64,000 nt of DNA from the human T2T-CHM13v2.0 reference genome, Homo sapiens (GCA_009914755.4 CP068257.2:2752001-2816000); one strand, 5' to 3'; counted from the stretch's first letter, positions 1-14,264 are shown. The notes: generated by a model not told the origin, from the sequence alone. Numbers and translations: made by a program.

Positions 1-3000
1 ACAAATACTCAGAACCCAACAGCAGTGTTCTGGAATCCTCAGTGAGGGACAAACATTCAGACCACAGCAAGAGTGTTCTGGAATCCTAAGTGAGGGACAA
101 ACATTGAGACCACAGCAGGAGTGTTCTGGAATCCTATGTGAGGAACAAACATTCAGACACTCGTAGTAGTGTTCTGGAATCCTATGAGAGGGACAAACAT
201 TTAGACCCATGTACCAGTGTTCTGGAATAGTATGTGAGGGACAAACACTCGGAACCCAACAGCAGTGTTCTGGAATCCTAAGTGAGGGACAAACATTTAG
301 ACCCACTTACCAGTGTTCTGGAATAGTACGTGAGGGACAAACACTCAGAACCCAACAGCACTGTTCTGGAATCCTAAGTAAGGGACAAACATTCAGACCA
401 CAGGAGGAGTGTTCTGGAATCCTATCTGAGGGAGAATAATTCAGAACCTCGTAGCAGTTTTCTGGAATCCTATGTGAGGGACAAACATTCAGACCCCAGC
501 AGCAGTGACCTGAAATCCTATGTGAGAGAGAATCTCTCAGAACCCAGAAGCAGTGTACCAGAATCCTATGTGAGGGCCAATCATTCAGACCATAGCTGGG
601 GTGTTCTGGAAACCTAAGTGTGGGACAAACATTCAGACCCTCATAGCAGTGTTCTGGAACCCTATGTGAGGGACAAACATTTAGGCCCATGTAGCAGTGT
701 TCTGGAATCGTACGTGAGGGACAAACACTCAGAACCCAACAGCAGTATTCTGGAAACCTAAGTGAGGGACACACATTCAGACAACAGCAGGATGGTTCTG
801 GATTCCTATGTGAGGGAGAAACACTCAGAACCCAGCATCAGTGTTCTGGAATCCTATGTGAGAGACCATCAGAAAGACCACAGCTGGTGGGTTCTGGAAT
901 CCAAGTTTGGGACAAAGATTCAGACACTCGTAGCATTGTTCTGGAATCCTATGTGAGGAAAACACAATCAGAACACAGCAGGAGTGTTCTGGAATCCTAT
1001 GTGCAGGACAAACATTAGGACCCTCGTAGCAGTGTTCTGGAATCCTATGTGAGGGACAAACATTTAGACCCACGTAGCAGGGTTCTGGAATCATACGTGA
1101 GGGACAAACACTAAATCCCAACAGCAGTGTTCTGGAATCCTAAGTGAGGGACAAACATTCAGACAACAGCAGGAGTGTTCTGGAATCCTATGTGAAGAGA
1201 ATAATTCAGACCCCTGTAGCAGTGCTCTGGAATCCTATGTGAGGGACAAACATTCAGACCTTCGTAGCAGTGCTCTGGAATCCTCTGTGAGGGATAAACA
1301 TATAGACCCATATAACTGTTTTCTGGAATCTTATGTAAGGGAAAAACTCTCAGAATCCAACAGCAGTGTTCTGGAATTCTATGTGAGGGAGAAACACTCA
1401 GAATCCAGCAGCAGTGTTCTGGAATCCTATGTCAGGGACAGTCATCCAGACCACAGCGGGGATTTTTCTGGATCCCTACGTGTGGGACAAACATTCAGAC
1501 CCTCATAGCATTGTTCTGAAATCCTATTTGAGGAAGAACATTCAGAATACAGCAGTAGTGTCCTGGAGACCTACGTGCGGGACAAACATACAGACCCTCG
1601 TAGCAGTGTTCTGGAATCCTATGTGAGGGACAAATATTCAGACCACAGCAGGAGTGTTCTGGAATCCTATGTGAGGGACAATAAATCAGATGCTCGTAGC
1701 AGTGTTCTGGAATCCTATGTGAGGGACAATTTTCAGACCCTCATAGCAGTGTTCTGGAATCCCATGTTAGGGACAATCATTCAGACCACAGCTGAGTTGT
1801 TCTTTAATCCTACGTGTGGGACAAGCATTCAGACCCTCATAGCAGTGTTCTGGAGTCCTATGTGCAGGAGAAACATTCAGACCCTTGTAGGAGTCTTCAG
1901 GAATCCTATGTGAGGGACATACATTTAGACCCACATAGCAGGGTTCTGGAATCGTACTTGAGGGACAAACAGTCAGAACCCAACATCAGTGTTCTGGAAT
2001 CTTAAGTGAGGGACAAACATTCAGACCATAACAGGAGTGTTCTGGAATCCTATGTGAGGGAGAATAATTCAGACCCTCGTAGCAGTGTTCAGGAATCCTA
2101 TTTGAAGGAGAAACACTCAGATCACAGCAGGATTCTTCTGGAATCCCATGTGAGGCAAAAACCCACAGACCACAGCAGGAGTGTTCTGGAATCCTTTGGG
2201 TGGGTCAACCATTCAGACCACAGCAGTAGTGTTCTGGAATCTTATGTGAGGGACAAACATTCAGACTTTCGTAGCAGTGTTCTGGAATCCTATGCGAGGG
2301 AGAAACACTCAGAACCCAGCAGCAGTGTTTTGGATTCCTATGTGAGGGTCAAATATTCAGACCACAGCAGTAGTGTTCTGGAATCCTTTGTGAGGAACAA
2401 ACATTCAGACCCTCGTAGCAGTGTTTTGGAATCCTATGTGAGGGAAAAACACTCAGAACCCAGCAGCAGTGTTCAGGAATCCTATGTTAGGGACAGTCAT
2501 TCAGACCACAGCTGGGGTGTTCCGGAATCCTACGTGTGGGACAAGCATTCAGACCCTCGTAGCATTGTTCTGGAATCCTATGTTAGTAAAATGCATTCAG
2601 AACACAGCAGGAGTGTTCTGGAGTCCTATGTGTGGGACAAATCTTCAGACCCTCGTAGCCGTGTTCTGGAATCCTATGTGAGGGAGAATAATACAGACCT
2701 TCGTAGCAGGGCTCTGGAATCCTATGTGAGGGAGAATAATACAGACCTTCGTAGCAGGGCTCTGGAATCCTATTTGAGGGACAAACACTCAGATGACAGC
2801 ATGACTGTTCTGGAATCCCATGTGAGACACAAACATCCATACCACAGCAGGAGTGTTCTGGAATCCTATGTGAGGTTCAACCATTCAGACCACAGCATTG
2901 GTGTTCTGGAAATGCTATGTGAAGCAGAAACATTCAGACCCTTGTAGCAGTGTTCAGGAATCTTATGTGAGGGACAAACATTCAGACCCTCTTAGCAGTG

Positions 3001-6000
3001 TTCTGGAATCCTATGCGAGGGGGAAACACTAATAACCCAGCAGCTGTGTTTTGGAATCCTATGTGAGGATCAAATATTCAGACCACAGCAGTAGTGTTCT
3101 GGAATCCTTTGTAAGGGACAAACATTCAGACCCTCGTAGCAGTGTTTTGGAATCCTATGTGAGGGAAAAACACTCAGAACCCAGCAGCAGTTTTCAGGAA
3201 TCCTATGTTAGGGACAGTCATTCAGACCACAGCTGGGGTGTTCCGGAATCCTAAGTGTGGGAAAAACATTCAGGCCCTTCTAGCATTGTTTTGGAATCCT
3301 ATGTGAGGGAGAATAATACAGACCTTCATAGCAGTGTTCTGGAATCCTATTTGAGGGACAAACACTCAGATGACAGTATGATTGTTCTGGAATCCTATGT
3401 GAGAGACAACCATTCAGACCACAGCAGTATTGTATTGGAATCCTAAGTGAGGGAGAAACATCCAGACCACAGCAGGAGTGTTCTGGAATCCTATGTCAAG
3501 GAGAAAAATACAGACCCTCGTAGCCGTGTTCTGTAATCCTATGTGAGGGACAAACACTCATATCCCAGCAGCAGTGTTCTGGAATCTTATGTGAGGGACA
3601 GACATTCAGACAAGAGCGGGATTGTTCTGGAATTAAATGGGTTGGACAAACATTCTGACCCTCGTAGCAGTGTTCTGGAATCCTATGTGAGGGAAAAACT
3701 CTCAGAACCCAGCAGTAGTGTTATGGAACACTATGTGAGGGAGAAACATTCAGAAGACAGCAGGGGTGTTCTGGAATCCCATGTGATGGAGAATAATTCA
3801 GAACCTCGTAGCAGTCTTTTGGAATCCTATGTGAGGGAGAAAATCTCAAAACACAGCAGCAGTGTTCTGGAATCCTATGAGAGGGACAATCATTCAGACC
3901 ACAGCTGGGGTGTTCTGGAATCCTATGTGTGGGACAAGCATTCAGAAACTCGTAGCATTGTTCTGGAATCCTATGTCAGGAAAATACATTCAGAACACAT
4001 CAGGAGTCTTCTGGAGTACTTTGTGAGGGACAAACATTCAGACTCTCGTAGCCGTGTTCTGGAATCCTATCAGAGAGAATAATTCAGACCCTCCTAACAG
4101 GATTCTGGAATCCTTTTTGAGGGACAAACACTCAGACCACAGCATAAATGTTTTGGAATCTTATGTGAAGTAGAAACATTAAGACCACAGGAGGATTGTT
4201 CTGGAATCCCATGTGAGGCACAAACACCCAGACCACAGCAGAAATGTTCTGGAATCCTGTGTGAGGGTCAACCATTCAGATCACAGCAGTAGTGTTCTGG
4301 AATCCTTTGTGAAGGACAAATATTCAGACAAGAGCAGGAGTGTTCTGGAATCCTATGTGAGGGAAAATAATTCAGACCCTTGTACATTTGTTCTGGAATC
4401 CTATGTGAGAGACAAACACTCAGAACCCAGCAACAGTGTTCTGGAATCTTAGGTTTGGGACAAACATTCAGACCACAGCAGGAGTGTTCTCGAATCTCAT
4501 GTGAGGAACAAACATTCAGACCCTCATAGCAGTGTTCTGGAATCATCTCTGAGGTACAAACACTCAAAATCAAGCAGCAGTGTTCTGGAATCCTATCTGA
4601 GGGACAAACATGCAGACCACAGCTGGGGTGTTCTGGAATCCTACGGGTAGGACAAGCATCCAGACCCTCGTCGCATTGTTCTGGAGTCCTATGTGAGGAA
4701 AATACATTGAGAACACGGCAGGAGTGTTTTGAAGTCCTATGTGAGGGATAAATATTCAGACCCTCATAGCGGTGTTCTAGAGTCCTATGTGTGGGACAAA
4801 CATTTAGACCCACGTAGCAGTGTTTTGGAATCATACGTGAGGCACGGACACTCAGAACCCAACGGCAGTGTTCTGGAATCCTAATTGAGGGACAAACATT
4901 CAGACCACAGCAGGCGTATTCTGGAAAGCTATGTGAGGGAGAATAATTCAGACCCTCGTAACAGTGTTCTGGAATCCTATGTGAGGAACAAACATTCATA
5001 CCCCAATGGTAGTGTTATGGAGTCCTATTTGAGGGACAAACACTCAGACCACATCAGGAATGTTTTGGAATCCTATGTGAGTGAGAAACATTCAGACCAC
5101 AGCAGGATTGTTCTAGAATCCCATGCGAAGCACAAACACCCAGACCACAGCAGTAGTGTTCTGGAATCATATGTGAGGGTCAACCACTCAGACCACAGCA
5201 GTAGGGTTCTGGAATCCTATGGAAGGGATAAACATTCAGAACCTCGTAGCAGTGCTCTGGAATGTTACGTGAGGGACAAACATTCAGACCGCCTTAGCAG
5301 TGCTCTGGAATCCTATTTGAGGGAGAAAACTCAGACCACAGCAGGAGTGTTCTGGAGTCCTATGTGAGGGAAAAACATTCAAACCACAGCAGGATTGTTC
5401 TGGAATTCCATGTGTGGCGCAAACCCCCACACCACAGCAGGAGTGTTCTGGAATCCTATGTGAGGACAATCATTCAGACCACAGCTGGGATGTTCTGGAA
5501 TCCTACGTGTGGGGCAAGCATGCAAACCCTCATAGCATTGTTCTGGAATCCTATGTGAGGAAAATACATTCAGAACACCGCTGGAGTGTTCTGGACTCCC
5601 TTGTGTGGGACAAACATTCAGACCATTCATAGCAGTGTTCAGAAATCCTATGTGAGGGACAAACTTTCAGACTCTCGTAGCAGTGTTCTGGAATCTTATG
5701 TGAGGGAAAAACATTAAGACCCTCTTAGAAGTGTCCTGGAATCCTATGTGAGGGAAAAACACTCAAAACCCAGCAGCAGTGTTGTGGAATCCCATATGAG
5801 GGACAAACATTCAGACCGGGGCAGGAGTGTTCTGGAATCCTATGTGAGGTATAATCATTCAGACCGTCAAGGCAGTGTTCTGGAATCCTATGTGAAGGAG
5901 AAACAGTCAGAACCCAGCAGCAGTGTTCTGGAATCCTATATGAGGGACAAACATCAGACCCTCATATCAGTGTTCTGGAATCCTAAGTGAAGAACAAACA

Positions 6001-9000
6001 ATCAGAACCCAGCAGCAGTGTTCTGGAATCCTTTGTCAGGGAAAAACATTCAGATCACAGAAGGAGTGTTCTGGAATCCTATGTGAGGGACACACATTCA
6101 GAACACAGCATCATTGTTCTGGAATACTATGTGAGGGACAAACTTTCAGACCACTGCAGGAGTGTTCTGGAATCCGATGTGAGGGACAAACTTTCAGACC
6201 CCAGAAGAAGTGTTCTGGAATCGTATTTGAAGCACAATCATTTAGACCCACGTAGCAGTGTTCTGGAATCTTACATGAAGGAAAAACACTCAGAACACAA
6301 CAGCAGTGTTGTGGAATCTTACATGAGGGAAAAACACTCAGAACACAACAGCAGTGTTCTGGTATCCTAGGGGAGGGACACACTTTCAGATCACAGCAGG
6401 AGTGTTCTGGAATCCTATGTGAGGGAGAATAATTCAGACCCTGGTAACAGTGTTCTGGAATCCTATGTGAGGGACAAACTTTCAGACCCGAGTAGCAGTG
6501 TTCTGGAATCCTATTTGAGGAACAATCACTCAGATCACAGCAGGAATGTTTTGGAATCCTATGTGAGGGAGACACATTCAGACCACAGCAAGATTGTTCT
6601 GGAATCTCACCTGAGGAACAAACACCCAGACCACAGCAGGAGTGTTTTGGAATCCTATGTGAGGATCAGCCATTCAGACCACTGCAGCAGGGTTCTGGAA
6701 TCTTATGTGAGGGACAAACATTCAGACCCTGTTAGCATTGTTCTGGAATCTTATGTGAGGGACAATAATGCGGACCCTCTTAGCAATGTTCTGGAATCCT
6801 ATGTGAGGGACAAACATTCAGACCCCCGTAGGGAGTGTTCTGGAATCCTATGTGAGGGACAAACACTCGGAATCCAGCAGCAGTGTTCTGGAATCTTATG
6901 TGAGGGACAAACATTCAGACTACAACAGGAGTGTTCTGGACTCCTATGTAAGGGACAAACATTCAGACCCCAGCAGCAGTGCTCTGGAATCCTATGTGAG
7001 GGACAAATATTTAGACCCAAGTAGCAGTGTTCTGGAATCATACGTGAGGGACAAACACTCAGAACCCCACAGTACTGTTCTGGAATCCTAAGTGAGGGAC
7101 AAACATTCAGACCACAGCAGGAGTGTTCTGGAATCCTATGTGAGGGACAAACATTCAGACCACAGCGGCAGTGTTCTGGAATCCTATGTGAGGGACAAAC
7201 AATCAGACCACAGCAGCAGTGTTCTGGAATCTTATGTGAGGGACTCACATTCAGAACCTCGTAGCAGTGTTTTGGAATCCTATGTGAGGGACAAACATTG
7301 AGACACTCTTAGCAGTGTTCTGGAATCCTATGTGAGGGACAAACATTCAGACCCAGCAGCAGTGTTCTGGAATCCTATGTGAGGGAGAAACAATCAGACC
7401 CTCGTAACAGTGTCCTGAAATCCTAAGGCAGGTACAAACCCTCAGAACCCAGCAGCAGTGTTCTGGAATCCTATGTTAGGGACTCACATTCAGAATTTCC
7501 TACCAGTGCTCTGGAATCCTCTGTGAGGGACAGCCTTTCATACTACAGAAGCAGTGTTCTGGAATTGTATTTGAGGAATAAACATTCACAGTACAGCAGG
7601 AGTTTTCTGGTATCCTAAGTAAGGGACAAACATTCAGACCCACTTAGCAGTGTTGTGAAATCCTATGTCAAGGACAAACATTCAGACCCCAGCAGCAGTG
7701 CTCTGGAATGTCATGTGAGGGACAAACATTCGGACCACAGCAGGAGTGTTCAGGAATCCTATGTGAGGTACAAACATTCAGATTACATCAGGAGTATTCT
7801 GGAATCCTATATGAGGGGCAAACATTCAGACCACAGCATCAGCGTTCTGGAATCCAATGTGAGGGACAAACTTTCCGACCACAGCAGGAGTGTTTTGGAG
7901 TCCTATGTGAGGGACTGATATTCAGACCCCCGAAGCTCTGTTCTGGAATCCAAAGTGAGGGAGAAACACTCAGAACCCAGCAGCAGTGTTCTATAATCCT
8001 AGGTGACAGAGAAACATTTAGACCCTCCTGGCAATGTTCTGGAATCCTATGTGAGAGACACACATTCAGAACACAGCAGGAGTGTTCTTGAATCCTAAAT
8101 GAGGGACAAACAAGCAGAACTCAGCAGCAGTGTTCTGGAATTCTATGTGAGGGACAAACATAAAGACCACATCAGGAGAGTTCTGGAATCCTATGTGCCC
8201 AAAAACATTCAGATCCCAGCAGCAGTGCTCTTCGATCCTATGTGAGGGAAAACATTCAGACCCTCGTAGCAGTGTTCTTAAATGCTATGTGAGGGACAAA
8301 CATTCAGAACCTCTTAGCAGTGTTCTGGAATCCTATCTGAGGGACAAACATTTAGACCCAAGTAGCTGTGCTCTGGAATCTTACGTTAAGTACAAACACT
8401 CAGAAACCAACAGCAGTGTTCTGGAATCCTAAGTGAGGGACAAACTTTCAGACCACAGCACGAGTGTTCTGGAATCCTGAGTGAGAGACAAACATTCGGA
8501 ACACAGCAGGAGTGTTCTGGAATGCTATGTCAGGGAGAATAATTCAGACCCTCGTAGCAGTGTTCTGGAATCCTATGTGAGGGACAAACATTCAGACTCC
8601 AGTAGCAGTGTTTTGGAATCCTATTTGAGGGAGAAACACTCAGACCAGAGAAGAAATGTTTTGGAATCCTATCTGAGGGGGAAACATTCAGAACACAGCA
8701 GGATAGATCTGGAAACCCTTGTGAGGCACAAACACCCAGATGACAGGAGGAATGTTCTGGAATCCTATATAAGGGTCAAGTATTCAGACCACAGCAGTAG
8801 TGTTCTGGAATCCTATATGAGGGACAAACATTCAGACCCTCGTAGCAGTGTTCTGGAATCCTATGTAAAAGACAAACACTCAGAAACCAGGAGCAGTGTT
8901 CTGTAATCCTTTGTGAGGGAGAAACTTTCAGACCACAGAAGGAGTGTTCTGGAATCCTAAGTGAGGGACAAACATTCAGACCAAAGCAGCAGTGTTCTGG

Positions 9001-10150
9001 ACTCCTATGTGAGGGACAAACATTTAGGCCCACGTAGCAGTGTTGTGGAATCCTATGTGAGGGAGAAACACTCAGAACGCAGCAGCAGTGTTCTGGAATC
9101 CTATGTGAGGGACAAACATTCAGAGCAGAGCAGGAATGTTCTGGAGTCCTATGTGCGGGACAAACTTTCAATCCCTCATAGCAGTGTTCTGGAATCCTAT
9201 GTTATGGACAAACATTTACAACCATGAGGCAGTGTTCTGGAGTCATACGTGAGGGACAAACACTCAGATCCCAAACTCAGTGTTCTGGAATCCCATCTGA
9301 GGGACAAACATTCAGACCAGAGCAGGAGTGTTCCGTAATCCTATGTGAGGTACAATCATTCAGACCCTCGTAGCAGTGTTCTGCAGTCCTATGTGAGGGA
9401 CAAACACTCAGAACCCAGCAGCATTGTTCTGGAATCTTATATGAGGGACCATCATTCAGACCACAGCTGGCATCTCCTGGAATCCTACGTGTGGGACAAG
9501 CATTCAGATTCTCGTAGCACTGTTCTGGATTCCTAGGTTAGGAAAATACATTCAGAACACAGCAGGAGTGTTCTGGAGTCCTATGTGCGGGACAAACATT
9601 GAGACCCTCGTAGCACTGTTGTGGAATCCTATGTAAGGGAGAAACACTCAGAACCCAGCAGCAGTGTTCTGGAATCCTATGTGAGGGACAATCATTCAGA
9701 CCACAGCTGGAGTGTTCTGGAATCCTACTTGTGGGACAAGCATTCAGACCCTCGTAGCATTGTTCTGTAATCCTATGTTAGGAAATCACATTCAGAACAC
9801 AGCAGGAGTGTTCTGGAGTCCTACGTGAGGGACAAAGATTCAGACCCTCATAACAGTGTTCTGGAATCTTATGTGAGGTACAAACATTCAGACCCACCTA
9901 GCAGTGTTCTGGAATTGTATGTGAGGGACAAACACTCAGAACCCAGCAGCAGTGTTCTGGAATCTTGTCTGACGGACAAACATTCAGACTAGGGGAGGAG
10001 TGCTCTAGAACCCTGTGTGAGGTACAATCATTCAGACCACAGCAGGACTGTTCTGGAATCATATGTGAGGGGCAATCATTCAGACCACAGCTGATGTGTT
10101 CTGGAATCCTACGTGTGGGACAGGCATTCAGACCCTCGTAGCATTGTTCT
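1..10150. repeat. 48-bp satellite array (about 210 monomers), CER-like. Unit on the + strand is roughly GTGTTCTGGAATCCTATGTGAGGGACAAACATTCAGACCACAGCAGGA. Local 720-bp (15-mer) higher-order periodicity is visible at 1785, 2505, 3228, 3898 and 4618.
   Basis: A strict 48-nt period is visible by eye throughout. Diagnostic variant monomers (..cagaccacagctggggtgttc..) recur at roughly 720-bp spacing. The array ends abruptly at about 10150. The family name CER is from memory of a 48-bp pericentromeric 22q11/acrocentric satellite and is not verified. Confidence 0.85.
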
Positions 10151-10544
10151 GGAATCCTATGTTAAGAAAATACAAATGTAAGGCTGAAAGCTGTAAAACT
10201 CCTACACAAAAATATAAGGGAAAAATATGCAACGTTATGCCATTGAATTTGGCAGTGGGTTCTTGACTGCCAGCTGCCCCACATCCCTGGAGCATCCATC
10301 TGCTCACCGCTGCCGGGTGCTGGGTCCTTCCACACCTGTCGCGCTACTTTGTGAGGGGCTCTGAGGGGCACCAACCAGGACCCCACGCTGAGCACAGGGC
10401 ACAGGCCGGGCATTGTCAGGATATTCGCTGGCAGGCTGTCCCCATGCCCGCCTCAGACGCCAGGAGGAAGGGCGGCCTGATCCGAGTCTGCGGAAGGAGG
10501 AAGAAGCACGTTTCCTGAGCCAACAGGGACACAGAGGCGAATGC

Positions 10545-10775
10545 CATAAAATTATATGGCATATATTTTGAAACATGGCCGCAATTTGAATAATTAGAAT
10601 ATCTAAAAACTCCAAAGATTATTATGCTGAAACGGCACCAAAAATTATCATTCCAGTGACTACAGGGAATTTTTAATAGTTGCTATTTTTATAATAAAAT
10701 TAAACTTTAATGAAATAACTGACTTTCAAACTTCAGCAAGAGGACAAATATTCAGCCAGAGATATCAGTTCCCAG
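10545..10775 (+). repeat. Left arm of a long inverted repeat (about 235 bp, AT-rich)
   Basis: The reverse complement of 10545-10775 aligns with 11385-11625 at roughly 88-90% identity, for example gggaactgatatctctggctgaatat..aaatatatgccata. Confidence 0.8.
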
Positions 10776-11384
10776 TTTCTGCTCCGGGTCTTCTCTGGTC
10801 TTCCACAGCCCCTCCTGCATCACCCAGGGCTAAAGGGCCACCTGGCCTGGCCTGAATCCCCTCGTCCCTCCGCTTCCCCACTCAGCTCCTTTAACCCCCC
10901 CTGGGGCAGGGGCAGCAAACTGTCCAGAGCTGGAGGCTCCCTCGACCAGGGCAGCACCGCTCCGCCCCTCTCCGCACCTGCCCAGCCCCTGGCAAAGGAC
11001 GTGCCTGGGCCTGGCCCACTGCACGTCCCCCAACGCCTGCCCTGTGCCTGCAACGGCGACGCTGCCAACAAGAGGTGCCAGAGGCTGAGGCGCAACCCCC
11101 CCAGAGCGCAGGGTTCCCACTCACCTGGGAGTAGGGATAGGCCCCTTCTGGTAGGTTGCACTGTTAAGATTATTTCCTTATTTATTTTACTTAAAACTGG
11201 TAGAATGTTACTATTATATGACGTACCCATGATTCTGCCAGTAAATTTGGGCATACGTTTATTAGTTTTTGTTAGATTAACTAGTTCTTTTGTTTCTGTT
11301 ATTAAGGTGAAATTTAAATTCTATCTGAAATCAGTAAGATACAGAGAGATTTTAATGAGAAGTGAGTATTTTTTTCTAAAGGGG

Positions 11385-11625
11385 AACTGATATCTCTGGC
11401 TGAATATGTGTCTTCTTGCTGAAGTTTGAAAGTCAGTTATTTTATTAAAGTTTAATTTTACTATAAAAATAACAACTATTAAAAATTCCCTGTCATCATT
11501 GGAAGGATAAATTTTGGTGCAGTGTCAGTATAACAATATTTCGAATTTTTAAATGTTCTAATTATTCAAATTGTGGTCATGCTTTAAAAATATATGCCAT
11601 AGAAGTTATGTTATTTTAAAATACC
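11385..11625 (-). repeat. Right arm of the inverted repeat; the 610-bp GC-rich spacer is 10776-11384
   Basis: Seen directly as the reverse complement of the left arm. The spacer is GC-rich (ccgcttccccactcagctcc...). Confidence 0.8.
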
Positions 11626-11934
11626 ATTCTTTATTATGGGAAGAAGCAGTAAATTCACCTTAACCGTAGCAGACTCTAGAGCTGACTAAAACACCCTTTA
11701 GAGGTTAAATTGTAATGAGGTAGACCATCAATGCAAAAAACAGTTTTTTTAGTTGTTCCACTACCTGTGCAAAACTTATTAGAATAATGTTCAGAAATTA
11801 AAATCTGTGTTTGTTAAGACTTGTTTCTGCTGGGGGTTTTAGAATGTAATAAAAGCTATAAATAAAATTCTAAGCCCCGTATCAACTGAACATACTTCCT
11901 CTTGAGCAAGAAGACCCCAGAAAAAAACTTAAAA

Positions 11935-12137
11935 ACTGAATTTCTGGCTATGACAGCAAGAGAGGTGTTATGTGCAGGAGATGCTCCAGGGAAGAAGAAA
12001 ACACACACACACAATACCTTTAAAGGTCAACAAACTCGATCCCACATAAATGGCAATGCAGATATAATAAGCAAATGATAGAATAAGCAAATTGATACAA
12101 TAAGCAAATTGCAGTGGGAAGGGGAGAAGGAAAAAAA

Positions 12138-12195
<58 letters not shown>

Positions 12196-12265
12196 GATAG
12201 ACTATGGAGGATTCATCACCAGACCGAGAAGCAACAGCCTGGGCTCCAGAGTCAGCCACTCATCC
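11935..12265 (-). repeat. LTR-like element A, copy 1a. It contains a (TG)n(TA)n microsatellite at 12130-12192 and lies 3' of the ERV env on the minus strand.
   Basis: The reverse complement matches 39476-39735 and 15612-15900 (motifs ccaactctggagcc..ctgttgcttc..gaatcctccatagtctg and tttacccttaaaggtattgtgtgtg). Confidence 0.6.
12130..12192. repeat. (TG)n(TA)n compound microsatellite
   Basis: gtgtgtgtgtatatatatatat... seen directly. Confidence 0.95.
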
Positions 12266-12667
12266 ATGCACAAAGGAACACAAAAAGGTCAATTTGCTTT
12301 TGCCATTGTCTGTTGTTTTTCAATAACTAAAGTATAGGAATAGATTGAAATAGAGATTTCTCTGAAACAGTGCTGGATGAATGCCTCAAGGGGCTCACAA
12401 AACCTATTCCGAGACTTGGTGACCATTATTTGTGTCCATGTTCAATTGAGTTTAAATATATTATTTAACTTTTTCTGCGTATTCTGTCCCAATTGATACT
12501 CAAATGTAAGAAAATACGCTTACAGATATACGAGGAATACATAATTGGTAGAGGTTACAGAAGCAGGGTAAGCAGAGGAGAATTAAAACACAGTTAATAA
12601 AAACCGCACCCACCAAGGCCAACGCCAATGCCAGTTGGACAGCCAATTCATGATGGGGTCCTGACAG

Positions 12668-12862
12668 TTAGATTTTGTTTTGCTTGTCCTTGCATGTCTT
12701 GGGCGAGGAGAGTAATATTGTGAGAACTGTCAGGGATACACACACAAAATTCAGTATGCAGCAAGGCTGAAACGCTCTTTGGGCTGCGGTAAGCATACCT
12801 AATGCCATTTGATTTTGCAACACAACAGTACACAACTGAGCAAATTCCTCTGATAACAACAT
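12668..12862 (-). pseudogene. ERV env transmembrane-subunit remnant
   Basis: It carries the motif LQNQ-ALG-LTAAQ....CC, reminiscent of the gammaretroviral TM immunosuppressive domain (LQNRRGLDLLTAEQGG-C). This is from memory of that family. Confidence 0.5.
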
Positions 12863-14264
12863 AAGTCCAGTGCTACTACCATTAAGAGCTTTTTCTACAT
12901 GTAAGCTTAATATTTAAATTTTTTGCTGAAACAGAATTGTATCAGTGGCAGAGGAGAACACTGTTATAGGGTACACCCCATCAGGGATTCTGGCGCATTT
13001 GTAACCAGTGATGTTTGGAAGCATCTAGATTTAGGAAAGAGGTTGTGTTTCATTGGGGACAATGCTGTTGATTTGGAGTATGTGTTGACAATTGTCTGGT
13101 GGGAGAAACCCCAGAGTAACATTAAAAGAGCCATTTAAGGCCTCCAGACAAAGCGGGGGTGCGGTGCCATATGGAGTTCAGCTACCGGTATGGTAGGTTC
13201 CCTGTATATGTCTTTCCAGGTATATTGGGTAGGATACAAAGGCCTTTGATGCATTGCAAAAGTGGATTTCTCCTTTTGTCAGACTTGGGCAAAAATAGAC
13301 TCTTTGATTTGGTTAAAAGAAGTCCAGGTGGGATTACAGGTGCTATTCTCCTGACCCCCTTGGTAGTGATGTAACCACTTGGAAATGTTGGCAGAGACAA
13401 TTTTTTAAGGGAGCCCATTCCCTGCAGCCTGTGGCAATTCGACTAAAAGGCAGCTCTAACTGCAGTTGACTTCTTTTGCAGCGGTGGCTACCCAGTTGCT
13501 AAATGCATTCTTGGCCTCAGACACAAAGAAGCAGGTGCTGACCATCATTCGATAGGCTATTCCTTTTAATAACAAAAACAGAGGGGAACATAACATTGTT
13601 TTTAAAATTTTACTACTCCCCTCATTTTCTGCCCCCATACTGTGGCCCCAGGATTTAAGCTGCCCACTTTGGTGGACCCATATCCTCCAGTTCTATATGA
13701 TGTTCCTATTGGGGCAGAAATTTCCTCGGGGGTTAATTGGTGACACGGTACTACCAGTAGCTGAGCAATCTGCATCTGCGGCTTTATGGCAAAAGAATTT
13801 TCGGTGGTATTGTGTTAAAAGATTTTTAACTCTCACCGGTAATCACTATCAATTACACCACCATACACTATAATGCCTCTCATTCCAATGCTTGCACGTG
13901 TTGTAATCCGTTCATCCACATTTGAGTTTGCAGTTATGGTGGAAATTTTGGCCTGTTGACCTGCCTGCTGATTAATTAGTCTGCCAAGAGAAAGCAGAGA
14001 TGCATGAGCATCAACATAACAGTGTTAATGGTAGGGTGCACAGGGATTCAGATATCTTCCCTGTATTCTTTCCCCAAACCTTTTTATTCCCAATTAACCA
14101 TTTGCCTCATTGCCATTGAGGCATCTAGATAGTAAGACCATTTGCTACTGACCAAGAGTTGGTATACAAGTGTCAAATCCCTCTGGCCTTCTTCTGAATA
14201 GCTGGGAAGATGGCTATTAGCTCAGCCAGCTGGCTGCTCCCATCCCTTCCTTCATCAGAAATAC

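Noticed and set aside
2006-2947. 313-aa ORF, and many similar 60-200 aa ORFs on both strands across 1-10150
   Set aside because: They lie wholly inside the 48-bp (16-codon) satellite. The open frames are a by-product of the periodicity and unit composition. There is no start or stop context, and the peptides are reiterations of the SVLESYVRDKHSD-type motif.
10162-11254. ORFs of 83-144 aa in the GC-rich segment beyond the satellite edge
   Set aside because: GC-rich DNA generates stop-poor frames. No recognisable domain or splice context is present, and the region is the spacer of an inverted repeat.
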